Shown piece after piece: positions 59,171 to 64,000 of a stretch of 64,000 nt of DNA. Under the pieces are notes generated by a model. That model saw only the letters and a list, made by a program, of their open reading frames with translations, was not told where the DNA came from and ran no database searches. Where the stretch lies: the NCBI GenBank assembly GCA_964591655.1, contig CAZQDS010000001.1:7232-71231 (forward strand), in the 5' to 3' direction. The stretch is from an uncultured Methanosarcinales archaeon (GTDB taxonomy: Archaea; Nanobdellota; Nanobdellia; Woesearchaeales; UBA9642). The position numbers and the translations under genes are program-made. How positions within the stretch are numbered: position 1 is the first letter of the stretch; each line of letters opens with the position of its first letter.

Positions 59171-60766
59171 TCACGCGCCATCTATACTTATCAATTCAGA
59201 TGATGCTTTTATCTCTTTCTTACAACGCTCTATTGTAGAATTCATGTACTTATACCATCTCTTTATGCCTAAAATCATGAGGCCTAAAGAGAGTGCATCC
59301 ATCACATAATTAGTTATCCCGTTTGTCTTTTTAGAATAATATTGCCCGACCAACCCTATTCCTATGCCTATTGTCTGTGTTGCCGACTCTATCTTGCCTA
59401 TATGAGAATCAAATATGTTCTCTATATCTGCTCCGCCAGATATGGTGGGATCCTTATTCAATTCATCCATCATGTAATTCAGTCTCAGAATGTTATTTAT
59501 CCTCTCGAAACCTACGGCATTCCATATTTTCAGGCCTTCCTCTCCGACATACCAAGAAAGGAGCAATTCTTTCGGGACTTGCAGGTTGCTCGATGCAAGA
59601 TATGCCAATGGATATTTCCCTAGGAATATGCCTGTATCGATAAGTATATTTTTTTCAAGATCTCGCTTTACATCGCTTATGGTCTCTAAGTACTCTTCTT
59701 TCGAAGGATCTTTTATGACTTTTCTTATCTTATCACATAGGTCTTTTCTCAGTTCAGGGATTGTCTTCCCGGCGAATCCCCAAGATATCTTTCCAATCGT
59801 CTTTTCTACATCGATGCCTGATTTTAGAAGTTTTTTTGTATCCAAAAAAATTATATACTGCTTTATAAGATCCCCTATCGCAGAATAATTTATCGGCTCT
59901 ATCTCTTTCACGGTATTCTTGAATTTCTCATCAGGTATCTTCCAAGAATCTATCTCCTCATTGAACTTGTTCTTGTCCTCTAATAACAGCTTTTCTAATT
60001 TCGATATCCTTACGGGCGCAGAGAACCTGTTCTGTGTCAATCCATATTGTGGAGCGACTTCTCTCGTCAATTCAAGAAGCCTTTCCCATGCGACCACATC
60101 TCTCCTTTCGACAATCTGGTTTATGGTGTTTCTAGGCGATTCCTGTAGCGAGGCATATCTCGCCTGTGGCAATCTAGAGGTGATTGTTGTGGCTTTTTTT
60201 GAGAATCCTTTCTCTGCATTTATCTCTATGAATGATGCCCCGCCGCCTGCAAGGATATACCATGCATCATCTTCAAAATTGTTTATTACCCTCGCAGCGG
60301 TTGTCGTATTAAGTATTGTCTCCGATAAGACATCCACTATCCTGAACTCGACTCTTGATTTAAGTTCAGGCATTATCTCGTAGAGTTTCTTTAACGGGAC
60401 AGATTTTGTCCCGTATATAATCCCCGATAGGAATGAATGGAATTCCGTCTCAGAATTTGTTTTTTGAGTATAGCTCAATAGCGGTTTCTCTCCATTTAGT
60501 GTTTTTTTCTTGAATCGGAATTCGTATTTGGAGTTCTCCGGGCATAAATAGGGTTCGCCCCTATCTGTGAGTGTTGCAACGACACCGTCATATATGGGCC
60601 TTCTTATCTTCAGGTCCAATTCTCTCGGAACATGATTCGACGTCAGTGTTATTATGTTGTCGTTCTTGTGCGGTCCGATATGTCCTATGGTGTAATCGCG
60701 TGCATTCAGGAATCTTGTTATTTCAGATATCACCATTTCATCTGTAGTTTTCTTATATTCTGACAT
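59171..60766 (-). CDS. hypothetical protein (531 aa)
   Basis: Long ORF with no recognisable motif. Confidence 0.35.
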   Translation of the reverse strand: MSEYKKTTDEMVISEITRFLNARDYTIGHIGPHKNDNIITLTSNHVPRELDLKIRRPIYDGVVATLTDRGEPYLCPENSKYEFRFKKKTLNGEKPLLSYTQKTNSETEFHSFLSGIIYGTKSVPLKKLYEIMPELKSRVEFRIVDVLSETILNTTTAARVINNFEDDAWYILAGGGASFIEINAEKGFSKKATTITSRLPQARYASLQESPRNTINQIVERRDVVAWERLLELTREVAPQYGLTQNRFSAPVRISKLEKLLLEDKNKFNEEIDSWKIPDEKFKNTVKEIEPINYSAIGDLIKQYIIFLDTKKLLKSGIDVEKTIGKISWGFAGKTIPELRKDLCDKIRKVIKDPSKEEYLETISDVKRDLEKNILIDTGIFLGKYPLAYLASSNLQVPKELLLSWYVGEEGLKIWNAVGFERINNILRLNYMMDELNKDPTISGGADIENIFDSHIGKIESATQTIGIGIGLVGQYYSKKTNGITNYVMDALSLGLMILGIKRWYKYMNSTIERCKKEIKASSELISIDGA

Positions 60767-60896
60767 TCTGCCTGCCCGCGGGAGTAGTATCTGTAGTCAA
60801 CTCTTTTTTAATGTTTTTATTTTAGAATGGTGAAAAGCGTTTTTTCTTTTCAATCCACATAAGAAAATATATAAACACACTTCCTATTCAAAAGAC

Positions 60897-62006
60897 ATGG
60901 TTGACATGAATGTTTTCAACCCCTGGGAAGTCCGGGGCGACATAGATTATGCGAAATTAATGAATGATTTTGGCGTATCGGAATTAGATTCACTTCCAGA
61001 AATTTTCGATCATGATGTGCTCTTCAGAAGAAAAACGGTATTCGCGCACAGGGGATTCGGCCAGATAGTCAGCGCAATACAGAACAAGAAGCCGTTCGTC
61101 ATGATGACTGGATTGATGCCGACAGGGAAATTCCATATAGGCCATATGCTTGTCGCACAGCAGATGATATTCTACCAGAATCTCGGAGCAAAACTATATG
61201 TTGCTGTTGCAGATATAGAAACATACAATGCGCGTAACCAATCACTTGACGAATCAAGAAAGGTCGCTATTGAGCAATACATAAAGAATTATATCGCACT
61301 CGGGTTGAAGCCAGAGAATCTTGAGATATATTTCCAGAGCGACAGGAGCAAGCATCAAGAAAAAGCGAATGCATATTATCGGCTACAGAATGTTTTGGCG
61401 AGACACGCCACATTCAATGAATTCAGAGCAGTCTATGGGGAAATATCTCCTGGAAAGATGCTTTCAGCATTATTGCAGGCCGCTGACATGCTCCATCCAC
61501 AATTGAAAGAATTTGAAGGACCGATACCTGTTGTTGTTCCAGTAGGCATAGATCAGGATCCGCACATAAGGCTTGCGAGGGATGTCGCATCTAGATGCAA
61601 GGAATTCCAGTCCAAGGAATTATGCTCGACATATCACCTGTTCATGCCAGGACTTTCCGGAGGGAAGATGTCGAGCTCTGATCCGAATTCTTTCATCGCA
61701 TTGACAGACACTCCGAAAGAAGCAGAGAAGAAGATAAAGAAATATGCATTCTCCGGCGGGAAAGACACGGTCGAAGAGCACAGGAGACATGGCGGAAATC
61801 CTGATATCGATGTCTCATTCCTTTACTTGAAATACTTCTTCGAGCCAGATGACAAAAGACTTTCTGGAATCTATCAAGATTACAAATCAGGGAAGATTCT
61901 TTCAGGAGAATTGAAACAGATACTTATAGACAAGATGACGTATTTCTTAGAGCATCACCAGAAGGAATTGGAGAAGGCAGAAAGATATGTGGAGAGGTAT
62001 GTGTGA
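60897..62006 (+). CDS. trpS: tryptophanyl-tRNA synthetase
   Basis: HIGH-class motif 'PTGKFHIGHML'; 'GGKMSSSDPNSFIALTD' closely matches the archaeal/eukaryotic TrpRS KMSAS region. Confidence 0.8.
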   Translation: MVDMNVFNPWEVRGDIDYAKLMNDFGVSELDSLPEIFDHDVLFRRKTVFAHRGFGQIVSAIQNKKPFVMMTGLMPTGKFHIGHMLVAQQMIFYQNLGAKLYVAVADIETYNARNQSLDESRKVAIEQYIKNYIALGLKPENLEIYFQSDRSKHQEKANAYYRLQNVLARHATFNEFRAVYGEISPGKMLSALLQAADMLHPQLKEFEGPIPVVVPVGIDQDPHIRLARDVASRCKEFQSKELCSTYHLFMPGLSGGKMSSSDPNSFIALTDTPKEAEKKIKKYAFSGGKDTVEEHRRHGGNPDIDVSFLYLKYFFEPDDKRLSGIYQDYKSGKILSGELKQILIDKMTYFLEHHQKELEKAERYVERYV

Positions 62007-62569
62007 TGTTCTCAGAAAGAATTGAGTTAGCTATAAATATTGTTGCTAAGGCACATGAAGGACAGTATAGGATATCAAAGCACAAGTGGCCGTATGCGGG
62101 CCACCCTTATAATGTCGCAATAATATTATATTCTCATGGCTTTTCTGAAGATGTCGTTATTGCAGGATTATTGCACGATATTGTTGAAGACACTGATTAC
62201 GATATAGAATTGATTGAAAAAGATTTTGGGGAAGAAGTGAGGGAAATAGTTGATGCTGTAACTCAAAAAAAGAAGATGCACTTCAAAGAAAGGAAACGAT
62301 ATCAATTAGATTATTTGAAGAATTCCTCCATAGATGTCAAGGCGGTGAAGGCAGCAGACAAATTGCATAATCTTTATTCTAAAGTCTTTGCCCTGAGAGA
62401 AAAAGATGATGCATTTATGGACATTCTCGATAGCACGGCAGAAGAATCTTTGGAAGGTTATAAAGAAGTATTGGATGTACTTAGGGACGGATGGAATCAT
62501 CCCATACTTGACGAATTAGAGAAATACATTAAAGAGTATGAGGCGCTTTTGAGGGAGCATGGGCACTAA
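62003..62569 (+). CDS. HD-domain phosphohydrolase
   Basis: 'GHPYNVAIILYSHGFSEDVVIAGLLHDIVEDT'. Confidence 0.6.
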   Translation: MMFSERIELAINIVAKAHEGQYRISKHKWPYAGHPYNVAIILYSHGFSEDVVIAGLLHDIVEDTDYDIELIEKDFGEEVREIVDAVTQKKKMHFKERKRYQLDYLKNSSIDVKAVKAADKLHNLYSKVFALREKDDAFMDILDSTAEESLEGYKEVLDVLRDGWNHPILDELEKYIKEYEALLREHGH

Positions 62570-63596
62570 AATAACCGAGTTGTTGGAGAGCAAGGAGCTG
62601 TCTATCGATGATCTGAAAGGGAAGACTATTGTTGTTGATGCTTTCAATCAATTGTACATGTTTCTTGCATCGATAAGACAACCTGACGGGACGCTTCTCA
62701 AGGACAGCCAAGGGAATGTGACGAGCCATCTCAATGGTCTATTCTATAGGTTCACTAAGTTGATGCAGCATGATATAAGGTTCATATTTGTATTTGATGG
62801 GAAACCACCAGAACTTAAGCTTAAAGAGCGTGCAAGACGTGCAGAGTTGAAGAATGAAGCAGAAAAGAAATATGAAGAAGCAAGAGAGAAGGAAGATCTG
62901 GAAGAGATGAAGAAGTATGCTGCACGGACGTCCAAATTGACCAAGGAAATGATTGCTGATGTGAAGGAATTGATTGATGCACTTGGGATGTGTATCGTGC
63001 AGGCACCATCAGAGGGGGAGGCACAGGCAGCATTGATTGTCAAAAACAAGCAAGCATACGCATCGCTCAGTCAAGATGCTGATTCATTGATATTTGGCTG
63101 TCCTTTGGTCGTAAAGAACCTTACATTGTCCGGAAGAAGAAAACGTGCAGGCAAACTTGATTATGACACTATAACGCCTGAACTGATAAATTTGCATGAT
63201 ACATTGAGAAGTCTTGATATAACGCTTGACCAATTGATCGTCATCGCAATGCTCACAGGAACAGATTACAATATCGGCGGGATAAAAGGCATAGGCCACA
63301 AGACTGCATTGAAATTAGTGAAGGAATACGGCCATAAAGAATCAGACTTCGACAGGCTGTTCAAAGAAAAAGGGTGGGATGAGCATTTCAGTTATTCTTG
63401 GAAAGACGTATTTGACATAATAAAGCACACTGAGACGACAGATGATTATCGCATAGTTTTCAAGGAAGTTGATGATGAAAAAGTCGTCGATATACTCTGC
63501 AAGAAACATGATTTCTCAGAAGAGCGAGTAAGGAAGCTCCTCGAGACGCTCCACACGAAGCCCAAATCACAGAAGGGATTAGGAGAATGGTTCTAG
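62559..63596 (+). CDS. fen: flap endonuclease FEN-1
   Basis: N-domain 'IVVDAFNQLYMF', I-domain 'GEAQAALI', and the C-terminal H3TH region; 345 aa. Confidence 0.9.
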   Translation: MGTKITELLESKELSIDDLKGKTIVVDAFNQLYMFLASIRQPDGTLLKDSQGNVTSHLNGLFYRFTKLMQHDIRFIFVFDGKPPELKLKERARRAELKNEAEKKYEEAREKEDLEEMKKYAARTSKLTKEMIADVKELIDALGMCIVQAPSEGEAQAALIVKNKQAYASLSQDADSLIFGCPLVVKNLTLSGRRKRAGKLDYDTITPELINLHDTLRSLDITLDQLIVIAMLTGTDYNIGGIKGIGHKTALKLVKEYGHKESDFDRLFKEKGWDEHFSYSWKDVFDIIKHTETTDDYRIVFKEVDDEKVVDILCKKHDFSEERVRKLLETLHTKPKSQKGLGEWF

Positions 63597-63608
63597 GCCC
63601 ATTTCGGT

Positions 63609-64000
63609 TTATTTCTTTCTGGCGACATAAATTGTGAATATCGGGTTGTTCAAGAATTTTATGTATCCGTCAGGGGCATATTTTTTGAATTTTTTGGTCG
63701 GCTTGCAATGCGTCATATCTATCAATTCAAATCCTGCTTTTTGCAAGGCTTTTAATTGTTTTCTTAACGATAGATGTACTGTGATCATTTCCATCCCCGG
63801 AAGCATAGTCCATTCGGCTTTGCCATCTTTCCATGCATTACCGAAAGGTATTATCTTGTTTTTATCCTTTATATATCCTATCCCGAGTATTTTTGCTCCT
63901 TTAAACGTTATCTCTTCTCTTGCAGTTATGAATATGCTATCATATGAATAATGGAATGTTCCTCCTTTTTTAAGGACACGGCTTATCTCTTTGAAAGGGG
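63609..64000 (-). CDS. C-terminal part of a class I SAM-methyltransferase-like gene truncated by the window end
   Basis: The minus-strand frame is open from the window edge ('PFKEISRVLKKGGTFHYSYDS...FGNAWKDGKAEWTMLPGMEM...') down to the stop at 63609. 'LKKGG' is an MTase post-motif-II-like element. Confidence 0.35.
   Translation of the reverse strand, partial: PFKEISRVLKKGGTFHYSYDSIFITAREEITFKGAKILGIGYIKDKNKIIPFGNAWKDGKAEWTMLPGMEMITVHLSLRKQLKALQKAGFELIDMTHCKPTKKFKKYAPDGYIKFLNNPIFTIYVARKK

Noticed and set aside
63634-63951. Plus-strand 105-aa ORF at the window end
   Set aside because: The opposite strand carries a longer open frame running off the window edge with methyltransferase-like sequence. 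The plus ORF is its antisense shadow.
1-64000. tRNA, rRNA or other structured RNA genes in intergenic regions
   Set aside because: Read all intergenic gaps larger than 50 bp. None shows the GC-rich cloverleaf-sized island expected for a tRNA in an AT-rich genome. Not excluded for small ncRNAs, which cannot be called by eye.

Overview
AT-rich (roughly mid-30s % GC by eye), gene-dense archaeal chromosomal segment with about 65 coding regions. No rRNA, tRNA or CRISPR array was recognised. The core is a replication/information-processing island. A candidate replication origin at about 27.9-28.6 kb has two identical 18-bp ORB-like repeats flanking a pure A/T tract. Immediately downstream lies the classic orc1/cdc6 - polD small - polD large operon. 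The same window also carries RFC small subunit, MCM, TBP, aIF2-beta, Pelota, FEN-1, TrpRS, RNase Z, tRNA-splicing endonuclease, an Rpp30-like RNase P subunit, and a single-chain primase that looks like a PriS catalytic domain fused to a PriL-like Cys-rich C-terminal domain. That fused architecture is known from Nanoarchaeota/DPANN-type archaea. Two accessory blocks encode secreted or surface proteins. At about 8.3-16.3 kb a same-strand operon encodes a secreted Cys-rich repeat protein, a polytopic membrane protein with a long charged coiled-coil N-terminus, three paralogous lipoproteins sharing a conserved CxYxYxTxxTTxxCI...GQGAP(I/V)x(I/V)T core, and a coiled-coil protein. At about 17.3-25.3 kb lie two giant signal-peptide Cys-rich proteins (621 and 1259 aa, the latter with a thrombospondin-type-3-like Ca-binding motif), then a beta-propeller lipoprotein and a TraB-family protein. 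Other notable items: an FmrO/Rmt-family (aminoglycoside-resistance-type 16S rRNA m7G) methyltransferase homologue; an APH-like kinase; a radical-SAM/methyltransferase/P-loop/NUDIX operon behind two tandem Lrp/AsnC regulators; an OB-fold plus winged-helix (RPA32/Stn1-like) gene apparently co-transcribed with MCM; a small, very basic protein made of a recent tandem duplication; two TrmB paralogues; and three NUDIX hydrolases. All functional calls come from motif recognition in the supplied translations, not from database searches.
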